Origin: an uncultured delta proteobacterium
GTDB lineage: Bacteria > Myxococcota_A > Polyangia > Polyangiales > Polyangiaceae
NCBI GenBank assembly: GCA_963850305.1
Contig: CAWKKR010000005.1
Span: 1 to 64,000 of the forward strand
DNA length: 64,000 nucleotides
Direction: 5' to 3'
Shown here: piece after piece, positions 18,222 to 30,785 of the stretch
How the letters are laid out: each line of letters begins with the position of its first letter
Position numbering within the stretch: position 1 is the stretch's first letter
Program-made: the position numbers and the translations under genes
Notes under the pieces: model-generated
Database searches by the model: none
What the model saw: only the letters and a program-made list of their open reading frames with translations
Told to the model about the DNA's origin: nothing

Positions 18222-20583
18222 TGGCCACCGGGATCTCGAGTGAGTTGCTCAAAAAGATGGACGCCTACTGGCGAGCCGCGAATTATCTCTCGGTCGGCCA
18301 GATCTACCTCCTCGCAAACCCACTCCTGCGCGAGCCGCTTCGCCTCGAGCACGTCAAGCCGCGCCTTCTCGGTCACTGGGGGACCACGCCGGGTCTGAAC
18401 TTCGTCTACGTGCACATGAACCGAGCGATCGTCGAGCGCGACCTCGACGCGATCTACGTCATCGGCCCCGGTCACGGCGGCCCGGGTATCGTCGCGAACG
18501 CGTATCTCGAGGGGACGTACAGCGAGGTCTATCCAGCATCTCGCGGGACGAAGAGGGAATTCGGCGCCTGTTCAAGCAGTTCTCGTTTCCAGGAGGCATC
18601 CCGAGCCACGTCGCTCCAGAGACACCGGGCAGCATCCATGAAGGCGGCGAGCTCGGCTACTCTCTGTCGCACGCGTTCGGCGCGGCGTTCGACAACCCGG
18701 AGTCTGCTCGTCTGCTGCGTCGTCGGCGACGGCGAGGCCGAGACCGGGCCCCTCGCGACGAGCTGGCATTCGAACAAGTTTCTCAATCCCGAGAGCGACG
18801 GCGCCGTCCTGCCCATCCTCCATTTGAATGGATACAAAATCGCGGGCCCCACCGTCCTGGCGCGCATTCCGCGGGCGGAGCTCGACTCGCTCCTTCGCGG
18901 ATACGGATGGGCGCCGCGCTTCGTGGAGGGGGACAACCCGGCGGAGATGCATGCAAAGATGGCGAGCGCGCTCGACGACGTGCTCGACGAGATCCGTCGC
19001 ATCCAGGGCGACGCCCGTCAACGTGGCATCACCGCAGCGCCCCTGCTGGCCGATGATCGTTCTCGTGACACCCAAGGGGTGGACCGGGCCGAAGGAGGTC
19101 GACGGGGTGCCAATCGAGGGGACGTTCCGCGCGCACCAGGTTCCGCTCGCTGCGCTCGCCGAGAAGCCGGAGCACCTCCGGCTTCTCGAACGTTGGATGA
19201 AGAGCTATCGACCCGAGGAGCTCTTCGACGAACGTGGCGGGCTCGTTCGCGAGCTTGCGGAGCTGCCGCCGAAGGGCGCGCGGCGCATGAGCGCGAACCC
19301 GCACGCGAACGGCGGGCTCCTCCGCGTCGAGCTCCGCGTGCCGGATTTTCGCAGAGTACGCGGTCGATGTACCCGCGCCCGGGACGACCGAAGCCGAGGC
19401 GACGCGCGTACAAGGACGGCTCTTGCGCGACGTGCTTACCGCGAACGCTGACGCGCGGAACTTCCGCGTTTTCAGCCCCGACGAGACGGCCTCGAACCGC
19501 TGGAACGCGCTCTTCGAGGTGACGAACCGCGCTTCCGTCGCGGAGATCGTCGCGGGCGACGATCACATCGCGCGCGACGGCCGCGTGATGGAGATGCTGA
19601 GCGAGCACCAGTGCGAAGGGTGGCTCGAGGGCTACCTCCTCACCGGACGTCACGGCTTCTTCGCGTGCTACGAGGCGTTCATCCACATCATCGATTCGAT
19701 GTTCAATCAGCACGCCAAGTGGCTGAAAGTGACGCGCGAGATCCCGTGGCGCCGACCCATCGCGTCCCTCAACATCCTGCTTTCGTCGCATGTCTGGCGT
19801 CAGGACCACAACGGCTTCAGTCACCAGGATCCGGGCTTCATCGACCACGTCGTCAACAAGAAGGCCGACGTGGTTCGGGTCTATCTTCCGCCGGACGCCA
19901 ACACACTCCTCTGCGTGACCGACCACTGCCTCCGCAGCGTGAATTACGTGAACGTGATCGTTGCCGGGAAGCAGCCGTCCTTGCAGTGGCTCACGATGGA
20001 GGCTGCCGTCAAGCATTGCACCGAGGGAGCGAGCATTTGGGAGTGGGCAAGCAATGACGAGGGGGACGACCCCGACGTCGTCATGGCATGCGCCGGCGAC
20101 GTGCCGACGCTCGAGACGCTCGCAGCGGTTGGCTTGCTCAGGGCGAGCTTTCCGGACCTCAAGATTCGCGTCATCAACGTCGTCGACTTGATGAAGCTTC
20201 AGCCTGCGAGCGAGCACCCACACGGGCTCTCCGACCGCGAGTTCGACACGATGTTCACGAAGGACCGGCCGATCATCTTCGCGTACCACGGCTACCCGTG
20301 GCTCATCCACCGACTCTCCTATCGCCGAACGAACCACAAGAACATGCACGTGCGTGGCTACAAGGAGGAGGGATCGACGACGACACCGTTCGATATGGTC
20401 GTCCGAAACGATCTCGACCGCTTTCACCTGGTGCAAGACGTGATTGATCGCGTGCCATCGCTGGGCTCGCACGCGGCACACCTCCGTCAACGGATGACGG
20501 AGAAATTGGTGGAGCATCGCGAGTACATCTCGGAGCACGGTAAGGATCTGCCGGAAGTGCTCGATTGGCGGTGGCCCACATGA
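18221..20583 (+). CDS. xfp: Phosphoketolase (XFP), several frameshifts
   Basis: [76 protein letters not shown]. Confidence 0.95.
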
Positions 20584-23042
20584 GCGCCGCCACGGACGCC
20601 GTGCGCTCCGGCGAGGATTCGTCCGAACCGGTTCTTCCGGCAACCGACCCGCGCGTCGGCCTCGCGCCCGAAGAGGTGACGCGCCGGCGCGTCGCATACG
20701 GCCCAAATGCGCTGGTCGAAGAACGTGTCTCCGTCGCGAGACGCTTGCTGACGTTCTTCTGGGGCCCGATTCCGTGGATGATCGAAGGCGCTGCAGTTCT
20801 TTCGGCGCTGGCCCGCAAATGGGAGGACCTGATCATCATCGTTTCGATGCTGCTCATCAACACAGCGGTTGGGTTCTGGGAGGAGTTCAAAGCCGACAAT
20901 GCCATTGCCGCGCTAAAGGCGCGGCTCGCACTTCGGGCGCGTGTCCTCCGCGGCGGCGCGTGGGGCGATATCGACTCTTCGGAGCTCGTGCCCGGCGACA
21001 TCGTATGTGTTCGCCTCGGAAACATCGTGCCGGCCGATCTGCGCCTCTTCGGAGACGGGTTTCTTACCGTGGACCAGTCCGCGCTAACAGGCGAATCGCT
21101 CCCCGTCGACCGCAAGGCGGAGGACGTCGTGTATTCCGGCTCCGTCGCGCGCACGGGGGAGATGAGTGGCCTCGTGACCGCGATCGGTATGGAGACGTAC
21201 TTCGGCAAGACGGCCCGCCTCGTGCAGACTGCGGAAACGCGTTCCCACTTCCAGAAGGCGGTCCTGCGGATCGGCAACTTCCTCATCGGCGTCACGGGCG
21301 CGCTCGTCGCGCTCATCCTGACCGTCGCGCTCTTCCGGCACGCGCCACTCCTCGAGACTCTGCTCTTCGCGCTCATCCTGACCGTCGCTGCGATCCCGGT
21401 CGCGCTCCCCGCGGTCCTGTCCGTCACGATGGCGGCCGGGGCGTCGAAGCTCGCGAACATGAAGGCCATCGTCTCGCGTCTCGTTTCGATCGAGGAACTG
21501 GCGGGGATGGACATTCTCTGCAGCGACAAGACGGGGACGCTCACCAAGAACCAGCTCACTCTCGGCGACCCGGTCGCGACGGGCACGGGCGAAACGGACG
21601 ACCTCGTCCTTGCCGCCGCTCTCGCCTCGAGGGAGAGCGATGGAGACGCGATCGACGCGGCAATCCTCGCGCACGCGAAGCCCCACGCGGAGTTCGAGGT
21701 CGTCCACTTCGAGCCATTCGATCCAGTGCGCAAGCGCGCCGACGCGGAAGTCCGGAGGGGCGACGAGAAATGGCGGGTGAGCAAGGGGGCTCCGCAAGCG
21801 ATCCTCGAACTCGTTGGCGCAAGCGACGCCTTGCGCCACGAGGTTGCCGAGCGCGTGGACGCGTTTGCGGCCTCCGGGTATCGCGTGCTCGGCGTTGCCC
21901 GGGATCGATGCGACGGGTGGAAGTTCCTTGGCTTGCTGCCGCTTTTTGACCCACCGCGGGATGACGCGGCCGCGACGATCGATGAGGCGCGCACCATGGG
22001 TCTCTCCATTCGCATGGTGACCGGCGATCACGTCGCCATCGCGCGCGAGACGGCGAGGAGGCTCCACCTCGGCGTGAATATCGCCGTGGCGGGAGAGGTG
22101 TTCGACGTCCACGGCAACGCGAAGGCAGCGGATGCGATCGAGCACGCCGAGGGGTTCGCACAGGTCTTCCCAGAGCACAAATTCGCGATCGTGAAGGAGC
22201 TCCAGAGGCGGGGACACATCGTCGGAATGACGGGGGATGGCGTGAACGACGCCCCCGCGCTCAAGCAGGCCGACGTCGGTATCGCGGTGAGCGGAGCAAC
22301 CGACGCCGCCCGCGCGGCGGCGGACCTCGTACTGACGGCACCGGGACTCTCCGTGATCACGCGCGCCGTGGAAGAAGCGCGCCGCATCTTCGAGCGCATG
22401 ACGGCCTATGCGGTCTTCCGAATCGCCGAGACGATCCGCGTCCTGCTCTTCATGACGCTCTCCATCCTCGTGTTCGACTTCTATCCCGTGACGGCTGTGA
22501 TGATCGTCCTGCTCGCGATCCTAAACGACTTCCCGATCATGATGATCGCGTACGACAACGCGCCCGTCGCGCCGCAACCCGTGCGCTGGGATATGCAGCG
22601 CGTGCTGACGATGAGCATCGTGCTCGGCGTGCTGGGAGTCGTTGCGTCGTTCGGCGTCTTCTGGTTCGCGCGCGACTATCTTCACCTCTCGCGCGACATG
22701 GTCCGCACCGTCGTGTTTCTCAAGCTCCTCGTCGCGGGTCACATGACGATTTATCTCACTCGCAATAGCGGACCACTCTGGCAAAGGCCGTGGCCCAATT
22801 GGAGGCTGGTCGTCGCTGCCGAGAGCACCCAAGTGATTGGGACGCTGGGCGCGGTCTATGGATGGTTCGTGTCGCCCATCGGCTGGAATTACGCGCTCGC
22901 CGTGTGGGCTTACGCGATCCTCTGGCTTTTCGTGAACAGCGTCGTGAAGATGGGCGTGTATCGCCTGCTCCGTCTCGAGCCTTCACAGCAAGCTCGACAC
23001 CTTGCGCGAGTCGGGAAGCCGCTACAGGTATTCGGCAAGTGA
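20580..23042 (+). CDS. Plasma-membrane proton-efflux P-type ATPase (P3A, Pma1-like)
   Basis: [79 protein letters not shown]. Confidence 0.95.
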   Translation: MSAATDAVRSGEDSSEPVLPATDPRVGLAPEEVTRRRVAYGPNALVEERVSVARRLLTFFWGPIPWMIEGAAVLSALARKWEDLIIIVSMLLINTAVGFWEEFKADNAIAALKARLALRARVLRGGAWGDIDSSELVPGDIVCVRLGNIVPADLRLFGDGFLTVDQSALTGESLPVDRKAEDVVYSGSVARTGEMSGLVTAIGMETYFGKTARLVQTAETRSHFQKAVLRIGNFLIGVTGALVALILTVALFRHAPLLETLLFALILTVAAIPVALPAVLSVTMAAGASKLANMKAIVSRLVSIEELAGMDILCSDKTGTLTKNQLTLGDPVATGTGETDDLVLAAALASRESDGDAIDAAILAHAKPHAEFEVVHFEPFDPVRKRADAEVRRGDEKWRVSKGAPQAILELVGASDALRHEVAERVDAFAASGYRVLGVARDRCDGWKFLGLLPLFDPPRDDAAATIDEARTMGLSIRMVTGDHVAIARETARRLHLGVNIAVAGEVFDVHGNAKAADAIEHAEGFAQVFPEHKFAIVKELQRRGHIVGMTGDGVNDAPALKQADVGIAVSGATDAARAAADLVLTAPGLSVITRAVEEARRIFERMTAYAVFRIAETIRVLLFMTLSILVFDFYPVTAVMIVLLAILNDFPIMMIAYDNAPVAPQPVRWDMQRVLTMSIVLGVLGVVASFGVFWFARDYLHLSRDMVRTVVFLKLLVAGHMTIYLTRNSGPLWQRPWPNWRLVVAAESTQVIGTLGAVYGWFVSPIGWNYALAVWAYAILWLFVNSVVKMGVYRLLRLEPSQQARHLARVGKPLQVFGK

Positions 23043-23076
23043 AGCGCACCCACGCTGCCCGGTGCCGGAGGAAGAG

Positions 23077-25614
23077 ATGAACAGGCTACTGCCACGCAAG
23101 CTCCCCGAGAACCTCGACGCGCTCACGTCGCTCGCGCTCGATCTGCGCTGGACCTGGAGCCACGCTGGCGACACCTTCTGGCGAACCGTCGACACCGCGA
23201 CTTGGGAGCAGACGCAGAATCCGTGGTCCCTCTTGCAGGCCATTCCTCAGCGCCGGCTCGAGGAGCTCGCGCGCGATTCGGAGTTCTGCTCGAAGCTTTC
23301 GGAGCGCGCGAAGGAGCGCCGCGAGTACATGACCGGACCTTCGTGGTTCACCACGAACGGCGCGAGGTTGAAGAACGAGCGCATCGCATATTTCAGCATG
23401 GAATTCGGATTGGGAGAGGCGATTCCGCTCTACGCGGGCGGGTTGGGCATTCTCGCGGGCGACTATCTCAAGACAGCGAGCGATCTGGCGCTTCCGCTCG
23501 TGGGTATCGGGATCCTTTTTCAGGAAGGGTATTTCCGACAGGCCATCGACGCCGCCGGCCATCAACGCGAATCGTACCCATACAATGACCCCAATACCCT
23601 TCCGATCCAGCCTGTCGCGGCGAAGGACGGGGACTGGCTGCGCGTCCCGATCGAGCTGCCAGGCCGGACGCTGTGGCTCCGGATCTGGCGCGCGAACGTT
23701 GGGCGCGTAGATCTTTACCTACTGGATAGCAACGAGCCGCTCAATGCCGCCGTGGACCGTGCGATCACGGGTAAGCTCTACGGAGGCGATAAGGAAGAGC
23801 GGCTCCTTCAGGAAATCGTTCTCGGAATCGGAGGATGGCGTGCTCTCCACGCCCTCGGGCTCGAGCCGAGCGTGGCTCACCTGAACGAAGGACATGCTGC
23901 ATTCGTCGTCCTCGAGCGCTCGCGGCGCTTCATGGAGCGGCATGGCGTGTCGTTCCGCGAGGCACTCTGGGCGACCCGGGCGGGAAACATCTTCACGACG
24001 CACACGCCCGTCGCCGCCGGATTCGACGTGTTTCCGCCCACATTGGTGGGAAAATATTTCCCGCCATTCGGGTATCCGGGCAAGCTGGGAATCTCTTCGC
24101 GCGATCTCCTCGCCCTCGGCCGCCGAAACGCCGACGACGTGAATGAGCTGTTCAACATGGCGTACCTCGCCATGAGAGGCTGCGCACGCTCGAATGGCGT
24201 GAGCAGACTGCATGGCTCGGTGAGCCGACGCCTCTTCGTCGATCTCTTTCCCCGGTGGCCCGAGCGTGAAGTTCCGGTCGATTACGTCACGAACGGCGTT
24301 CATGTCCCGACGTGGGATTCGCGAGGCGCCGACGCGATTTGGACGAGGTCGTGTGGGAAGGAGCGTTGGAGCGGTTCCATAGAGCGACTGCGAAGCGTGA
24401 TCGCGACGATAAGCGACGACGAACTGTGGAAAATGCGCAACGAGGAACGCGCGGCGCTGATCTCGTACGCGCGCGAACGGCTCACCCGTCAGCTCGTGCA
24501 GCGGGGGGCGGAACCCGGCATAGCGGCCACGACGGCGCACGTCCTCGATCCCGCCGTACTCACTCTCGGTTTCGCCAGGCGTTTCGCCGAGTACAAGCGC
24601 CCCCAGCTACTCTTGCGTGATCCCGATCGCCTCATCCGGCTCTTGAACAATTCGGCGCGCCCGGTACAGATCGTCATCGCCGGAAAAGCGCATCCCGCCG
24701 ACGAGGCGGGGAGGCGGATGGTCACCGATTGGATCACGTTCGTGAACCGCGCGGACGTGCGGCACCGGGCGGTCTTCATCGAGGACTACGACATCACGCT
24801 CGCGACCCGACTCGTCGCCGGCATCGACGTGTGGATCAACACGCCGCGCCGGCCGTGGGAGGCGTGCGGAACGAGCGGAATGAAAGTGCTCGCCAACGGC
24901 GGACTGAATCTCTCGGAGCTCGACGGCTGGTGGGCAGAGGCGTATACGTCTGAAGTCGGCTGGGCGCTCGGCGCGGGCGCCGGCGCGCCCGACGACGCGC
25001 GCGATGCCGAGGATCTGTATGCGCTGCTAGAGCAGCAGGTTGCGCCCGCGTTCTACGAGCGCGACGGACGCGGCGTGCCGCGCCGATGGCTTGCGCGCAT
25101 CCGGGCCAGCTTGGCGCAGCTCGCGCCGACGTTCAGCAGCAACCGAATGGCGTTGGAGTACGCGGAGCGTTTCTACGCCGATGCCGGCGAAGCACTCCGT
25201 CTCCGTGCGCGAAATGGAGCGGAGATCGCAAGGGACCTTTGCACGTGGGAATCGACCTTGGCGGCGCAATGGAGCGACGTGCGTGTCGACGCGAAGACCG
25301 CAACCGGACGAGAGGCCGCCACGGAGTTCCTGGCTGAAGTGCATCTCGGCGTGATCGAACCGGAGATGGTCCGCGTCGAACTTTTTGCCGAGCCCCTCGG
25401 CGACGAAGAGCCCTTCCGCCAAACGATGCAGGAGGTGGTTCGCGAAGGCACGTCGTTCGAGCGCCTCTTCGCAACGACCGTGGTCACGAAGCGTGACGTC
25501 CGCGACTTCACGCCGAGGATCGTTCCCGCTCACAGCGACGTGCGGATCCCTGCGGAATGCTCACTCATCGCGTGGGCATCCGAAGGCTTCTCATCGGTTC
25601 GTGAGAGCGAATAG
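23077..25614 (+). CDS. glgP: Alpha-glucan (glycogen) phosphorylase
   Basis: YFSMEFG, YAGGLGILAGD, HLNEGHAAF, FTTHTP, TNGVH, ARRFAEYKR, AGKAHPAD, EACGTSGMK. Confidence 0.95.
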   Translation: MNRLLPRKLPENLDALTSLALDLRWTWSHAGDTFWRTVDTATWEQTQNPWSLLQAIPQRRLEELARDSEFCSKLSERAKERREYMTGPSWFTTNGARLKNERIAYFSMEFGLGEAIPLYAGGLGILAGDYLKTASDLALPLVGIGILFQEGYFRQAIDAAGHQRESYPYNDPNTLPIQPVAAKDGDWLRVPIELPGRTLWLRIWRANVGRVDLYLLDSNEPLNAAVDRAITGKLYGGDKEERLLQEIVLGIGGWRALHALGLEPSVAHLNEGHAAFVVLERSRRFMERHGVSFREALWATRAGNIFTTHTPVAAGFDVFPPTLVGKYFPPFGYPGKLGISSRDLLALGRRNADDVNELFNMAYLAMRGCARSNGVSRLHGSVSRRLFVDLFPRWPEREVPVDYVTNGVHVPTWDSRGADAIWTRSCGKERWSGSIERLRSVIATISDDELWKMRNEERAALISYARERLTRQLVQRGAEPGIAATTAHVLDPAVLTLGFARRFAEYKRPQLLLRDPDRLIRLLNNSARPVQIVIAGKAHPADEAGRRMVTDWITFVNRADVRHRAVFIEDYDITLATRLVAGIDVWINTPRRPWEACGTSGMKVLANGGLNLSELDGWWAEAYTSEVGWALGAGAGAPDDARDAEDLYALLEQQVAPAFYERDGRGVPRRWLARIRASLAQLAPTFSSNRMALEYAERFYADAGEALRLRARNGAEIARDLCTWESTLAAQWSDVRVDAKTATGREAATEFLAEVHLGVIEPEMVRVELFAEPLGDEEPFRQTMQEVVREGTSFERLFATTVVTKRDVRDFTPRIVPAHSDVRIPAECSLIAWASEGFSSVRESE

Positions 25615-25651
25615 TGAGCCTATCACAAGCAATACACACCTGAGGTCACCC

Positions 25652-26204
25652 ATGGAAGCGAAGCCAGAGAGCAATTGCGTCGCCATTTTCGATCATCACC
25701 AGGACGCGGAACTTGCGATCGGCGAGCTCCAACACGGAGGCTTCGACATGAAGAAGAAGCTGTAGATTGTCGGTCGTGACTACCACACTGAAGAGCACTC
25801 CGTCGACTTCTACAACGCAGGCGACCGCGTGAGGTACTGGGGTAAGCTCGGAGCCTTCTGGGGCAGCGTGTTCGGGATACTGTTTGCGCCCGCGTTCTTC
25901 TGGGTTCCGGGCGTCGGCCCTATCCTGACAAGGGGGGCCTCATCGGCTCCCTCCTGATGGGCACGGGCACCGTCGAGGGTGCCGCCGTCGGGGCCGCGGT
26001 CGGAGGAGGCACGAGCGTGGCACGAGCGTGCTCGCCGCCGCGCTCGCCAGCCTGGGCATCCCAAAGGACAGCGTGATCCAGTACGAAGCCGACTTGAAGT
26101 CGAACAAGTTCTTGCTCATCGCCAGCGGCACCGCCGCCGAGGTGGAAGGCACTCGCGCAATCCTCGCCGAACGCGGCGGACGGGTGCAGGTCCACCAGCG
26201 CTGA
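25652..26204 (+). pseudogene. General stress protein/DUF1269-like membrane protein, disrupted
   Basis: VAIFDHHQDAELAI..LQ..GFDMKK, GRDYHTEE, WGKLGAFWG, LASLGIPKDSVIQYE; in-frame TAG at 25763 and an 11-bp tandem duplication at 26008..26029. Confidence 0.8.
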
Positions 26205-26275
26205 CGCAAGGTGCCCGCGCGCTGGATCGGAACCCTCGCTGAAGTCTCTCTCGGTTTGGCTAGACTAAGACTAAA

Positions 26276-27328
26276 CTACATGGAAGGCTTTGCGGGCGCC
26301 AAGTAAGTCAGCAACGGGATCACCTCGACCGTGACCTCGCATCTACAGGAGGTCCTCTCGGCAACCGCGGCGCCGATTGTGGCGGCCAGCGTGTCTGGGA
26401 CTTGCCCTCCGACGCGGCGGCGCACGATGACCTCGAGCCGTACTTGGTGGTCGTCGAGCAAGGTGACGTTCACGGTGCTGCCGACGGAGACGAACCCGGG
26501 TACGACATCGAGCATCTCGGCCACCGTCTCACGGATCCGCTTCTCCATTGCGAGGTGTCGCGGGCGAATTCCGCGAATTGCCAGAATTCCGAGGCTGCCC
26601 GCGATATCGAGCCCCGCGACGTTCAGAAGCAGCAGGTAGAACGCCGCCAAGCTGTGCTGGGGTTTGCCGAGCGCCAGACCGATGCCGATGACGGCGGCCG
26701 GCGGGACCAGCGAGATGGCTATCTCGACGCCAATCACGGCGTCGATCACCTGGCCCCACGGCGTCTCGACGATGTGAGGTTGTGCGGTCAGCGCCAGGGA
26801 CGCTGCCGCGCCCGCGGCAACGGCAATGATCGCCGCCAACACGACGTCCCGCGGGGTTGGCATCGCGCGCAAGAGGATCTCATGGGTTATCGCAATGCCG
26901 TCCACGCTCTGGTGCAGAATCGTGGTGATGACGATGGCGACGCCCGTGCCGATCACGAGCAGTCCCACGAGCTGCTTGAGCAAGCCTCGGGCGAGCACTC
27001 CCCAGTTAAGGAACAGCGCGCCGATGCAGACCGCGCGGGAGGGCGCCATGAAGGGAGCAACGCACATCGCGCCGATCACGGCCGCCGCGCTGTCGAGCAG
27101 GAGCCCGGCAGTCGCCATCACTGCAGCGACGACAACCATCGCCAGATAACCACCGGTCATAGTGGCGCCCGAGATGGCGCGCTGCTCGAGGATCGTGTGG
27201 TAGTTGGGGACTCCCCACACGCCGTTGCCGCGCCCCGGGAACGATTCATCTCGCAGGATTGGCTCGGCCGCGCGGGCAATGGGCGCCGTCCCGTCCGCTG
27301 CGCTCACGCGATCTTCGTCCAGGTTCAC
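26276..27328 (-). CDS. DUF389 family membrane protein
   Basis: ATAGLLLDSAAAVIGAMCVAPFMAP and GVEIAISLVPPAAVIGIG signature segments. Confidence 0.88.
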   Translation of the reverse strand: MNLDEDRVSAADGTAPIARAAEPILRDESFPGRGNGVWGVPNYHTILEQRAISGATMTGGYLAMVVVAAVMATAGLLLDSAAAVIGAMCVAPFMAPSRAVCIGALFLNWGVLARGLLKQLVGLLVIGTGVAIVITTILHQSVDGIAITHEILLRAMPTPRDVVLAAIIAVAAGAAASLALTAQPHIVETPWGQVIDAVIGVEIAISLVPPAAVIGIGLALGKPQHSLAAFYLLLLNVAGLDIAGSLGILAIRGIRPRHLAMEKRIRETVAEMLDVVPGFVSVGSTVNVTLLDDHQVRLEVIVRRRVGGQVPDTLAATIGAAVAERTSCRCEVTVEVIPLLTYLAPAKPSM

Positions 27329-27450
27329 GAGTGCGTCACTCGAGGTGAACGGTCGCTAATTCGATTGTCGACTTTTGGATAGCTCATTCCAAGGTCCTCG
27401 AGCGTGGAGACGATGAGCTGATGAGCTGCACCGTGACCAGATTGCGGTAC
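27325..27450 (-). pseudogene. C-terminal remnant of a polyphosphate kinase 2 (PPK2) family gene
   Basis: YRNLVTVQLI/IVSTLEDLGMSYPKVD, interrupted by an 8-bp duplication (ATGAGCTG x2 at 27413..27428). Confidence 0.55.
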
Positions 27451-27683
27451 TATGTCAGCGGCGCCCACGGTCTCCCACCAAACTAGTCTCCCGTATCGAC
27501 CGACCTGGGACCTCGATGGGGTAAGCGCGGCAAAGAATGCCGCGCCCGCAGGGCCTCGACGCAGCCTTTGCGCGGCTGCGCGCCGTTTGCGTCTCTCGAT
27601 CAGCCGGCGACTTGGCAGCTCCCCGCGAGGGATGACGGAGGTGTTCGATCCAGGAGATCTGGTCTCGCTCCCCGTCACTTCTG

Positions 27684-27699
27684 CGGCATGCAAATTGCT
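27684..27699 (+). promoter_or_regulatory. Sigma54 -24/-12 promoter
   Basis: CGGCATGCAAATTGCT upstream of the USP-hydrogenase operon. Confidence 0.7.
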
Positions 27700-27830
27700 G
27701 GCTAGTCACGACGGCGGTCGTGAACCGGTGGGCTGCGCGTGGGCCCGTTTCTCGGTGAAATCGCATGGTCCGGCCGTCCACATCTCAATGGTCCGGTGCT
27801 CGATCGGCGTGGTCGTAAAGGAGAATCCGC

Positions 27831-28298
27831 ATGCGTGAGGCCGAGGAAGGCGTAGCGCCCGCGCGTCGGATCCTAGCCTGCGTAGATCTGTCGGAGTCGA
27901 GCAGCGCCGTTGCTGCCTGCGCTCGCCGCCTCGCGGCGCCCAACGGGAGGTTGGTCATCTTGCACGTGGCGATGGGCGAGCCCGACTTCGTCGGCTACCG
28001 GGCGGGGCCGGGCAGCGTGCGCGACAACATCGCCAAGGACCTCCGACGGGAGCATCTTGCCGTCCAGCGCCTCGCGGACGAAGTTCGCCTGAAGGGCCTG
28101 GACGTCACCCCTCTCACGGTGCAGGGCGGCGCCGCCGATAGGATTCTTGAGCACGCGGAGCGGCTGCACGTAGATTTCCTCGTCGTCGCATCGCGAGGGC
28201 GCGGAGCGCTGCACGACCTTCTCCTCGGCAGCGTGGGGCGAGAACTTCTCCAGAGGACAACGGTGCCCGTGGTGGTGGTGCCGTGGCACTCCGCGTAG
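27831..28298 (+). CDS. Universal stress protein
   Basis: [36 protein letters not shown]. Confidence 0.92.
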   Translation: MREAEEGVAPARRILACVDLSESSSAVAACARRLAAPNGRLVILHVAMGEPDFVGYRAGPGSVRDNIAKDLRREHLAVQRLADEVRLKGLDVTPLTVQGGAADRILEHAERLHVDFLVVASRGRGALHDLLLGSVGRELLQRTTVPVVVVPWHSA

Positions 28299-28304
28299 CT
28301 GTGT

Positions 28305-29502
28305 ATGTCCCCGTCCATTCCTCTGGACCTTGACCGGGCTCGCCACCCGTCCGATACGCGTGTGGTGCATCGTCACAAGCCGGGCGACCGCTCGCTCCTG
28401 TCCCGCGAGGGTCTGGGGGAGCTCCTCCGCCGCCTCCGCGACAATGGATACCAGCTCGTGGGTCCCACGGTTCGTGACGGTGCCATCGTGCACGCGGAGA
28501 TCTCCGGCATCGAGGATCTTCCTATCGGCTGGACGGAGGCGCAGGAGGCGGGCACGTACCGGCTGAAGCAGAGGTCCGACCGCGCCTTCTTCGGATATTC
28601 GGTTGGGCCGCAATCCTGGAAGCAGCTCTTCTTCGTGCCGCGCCTCCGGCTGTGGAAGCTGCGACGCAAAGAGCAGAGCTTCACCGTGGAGCAGGATGCG
28701 ACTCCGCCGCCGCGCCTTGCCCTCATCGGGGCTCGCGCGTGCGACCTCCACGCCATCCAGGTACAAGACCGGATCTTCCTCTCGGGTCCTCATGTGGATC
28801 CCGACTACGCTGCCCGTCGGCGCGACGTCTTCGTCGTGGCGGTCCAGTGCGGACAAGCCGGGGGCACGTGCTTCTGTGTCTCGATGAAGGCGGGACCGAA
28901 GGCCACATCCGGGTTCGATCTCGCGCTTACGGAGCTCTTCGAGCCCCACCGCTTCGTCGTCGAGGTGGGGACGGAGCGGGGTGCGGAGGTGCTCGCCGTT
29001 CTGGATGCCTCGCCGCTCTCCGATGCCGACGCTCTGGCAGCAGATGCCGTCAGCGACGCGACGGCGCGGTCCATGGGCCGTCAGCTGGACACGACCGACA
29101 TCAAGGAGCTCCTGTATCGAAATCCGGAGCACCCGCGCTGGGACGACGTCGCGGCCCGGTGCCTCGGCTGCACCAACTGCACGCTGGCGTGTCCCACCTG
29201 CTTCTGCGGAACCGTCGAGGACACGACGGATCTCTCCGGAGAGACGGCGGAGCGCTTGCGGCGCTGGGACTCGTGCTTCACGCTCGACCACTCCCACCTT
29301 CACGGGGGCAGCGTCCGCGCGTCCACTCGGTCGCGTTACCGCCAGTGGCTCACCCACAAGCTCGGCGAGCTGGATCGACCAGTTCGGGACGTCCGGCTGC
29401 GTCGGCTGCGGGCGGTGCATCACGTGGTGCCCGGTCGGCATCGACATCACCGAGGAGGTGGCCGCCATTCGAGCGACCGACGGCGTCGGAGCGGGCCAAT
29501 GA
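28305..29502 (+). CDS. hydB: Group 3b [NiFe] hydrogenase beta (Fe-S) subunit, frameshift near 29370
   Basis: [66 protein letters not shown]. Confidence 0.9.
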
Positions 29503-29956
29503 CCGAAGCGGAGCTCCTCAAGAATCATCCGTTCTCTCGGGGGCTGTCCGAGGCGCAAGTCGACCAGCTGGCGTGCTGCGCTCGTGCGATTTGCTCACGG
29601 CGGGAGCCGTCATCTTCCGCGAGGGCGGCGTGGCGAACGCGTTCTATCTGGTTCGCGAGCGGGCGCGTCGTGCTCGAGCAGCACGTGCCGGGGAAAGGTG
29701 AGGTCCAGCTCGAGAGCCTGACGGCGGCGACATCCTCGGCCTGTCCTGGCTGTCTCCTGGCGGCAATGGCAGCTCGACGCGCGGGCGGTCGAGCCCACCG
29801 AGACCCTCGCCCTCGACGCCAACTGCCTCCGGCGCGCATGGAGGCGGACCCGAGCCTCGGCTACGCTGTCGCGAAGCACGTCATCCAGCAGCTCTGCCAG
29901 CGGCTCGAGCGCGTCCGCCTGCAGCGGCTCGACGTCTACCGGCGACGGAGCGGTGA
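29499..29956 (+). CDS. Cyclic-nucleotide-binding domain protein within the hydrogenase operon (frameshifted)
   Basis: [47 protein letters not shown]. Confidence 0.8.
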
Positions 29957-30782
29957 CTTCTCGCTCCCACCCGATGGTGCCCGAGCCCTTGAGCGTGCTC
30001 GAAGCCCGGAGCGAATCCCACGACGTCGTCACGCTGACGCTCGAGGCTCGCCCGGGGCACGGCCGCCCCTTCCGCCGGGGCAGTTCAACATGCTCTACGC
30101 CTTCGGCGTCGGGCGAGGTGGCCATCTCGATCAGCGGCGATCCGCGGCGGTCGGACGAGCTCGTCCACACCATCCGCGCCGTGGGCTCCGTGACCGAGGC
30201 GCTGTGCCACCTCGGGCGCGACGGCGTCGTGGGCGTGCGCGGGCCGTACGGCGCGCCTGGCCGCTGGAGGCCGCGCACGGCAAGGACCTCGTCATCATCG
30301 CCGGCGGCCTCGGCCTGGCGCCGCTCCGCCCGGTGGTCTATCCGCGCCCTCGCAGCACCGCTCGGCGTACGGCAGGTCGTCTCCTCTACGGCGCGCGGAC
30401 GCCCGAGGACATCCTCTTTCGCAAGGAGCTGGAGCAGCTGGCGCGCCGAGCTCGACACTCAGGTCCTCGTCACCGTCGATCGCGCGGCGGTCGGCTGGAA
30501 GGTCGGGTGGGGGTCGTCCCGGCGCTGCTCTCGGAGGTCGAGATCGCGGCAGAAAACGCCGTCGCGTTCGTCTGCGGCCCCGAGGTGATGATGCGCTTCT
30601 GCGTGCGCGAGCTCGGGCGGCTGGGCTCGGCGACGAACGCATCTACCTCTCGATGGAGCGCAACATGAAGTGCGCCGTCGGCCTCTGCGGCCACTGCCAG
30701 TACGGCCCGAGTTCGTCTGCAAGGACGGGCCGGTCTTCCGCTTCGACCGCATCGGCCTCTGTTCTGCGTGCGAGAGGTCTGA
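29953..30782 (+). CDS. hydG: Group 3b hydrogenase gamma (FAD/NAD(P)-binding) subunit (frameshifted)
   Basis: [70 protein letters not shown]. Confidence 0.9.
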
Positions 30783-30785
30783 GCG

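Noticed and set aside
28305..30668. 787-aa beta-cNMP-gamma fusion protein
   Set aside because: The ORF drifts in and out of the true frames; it is an artefact of indels across three genes.
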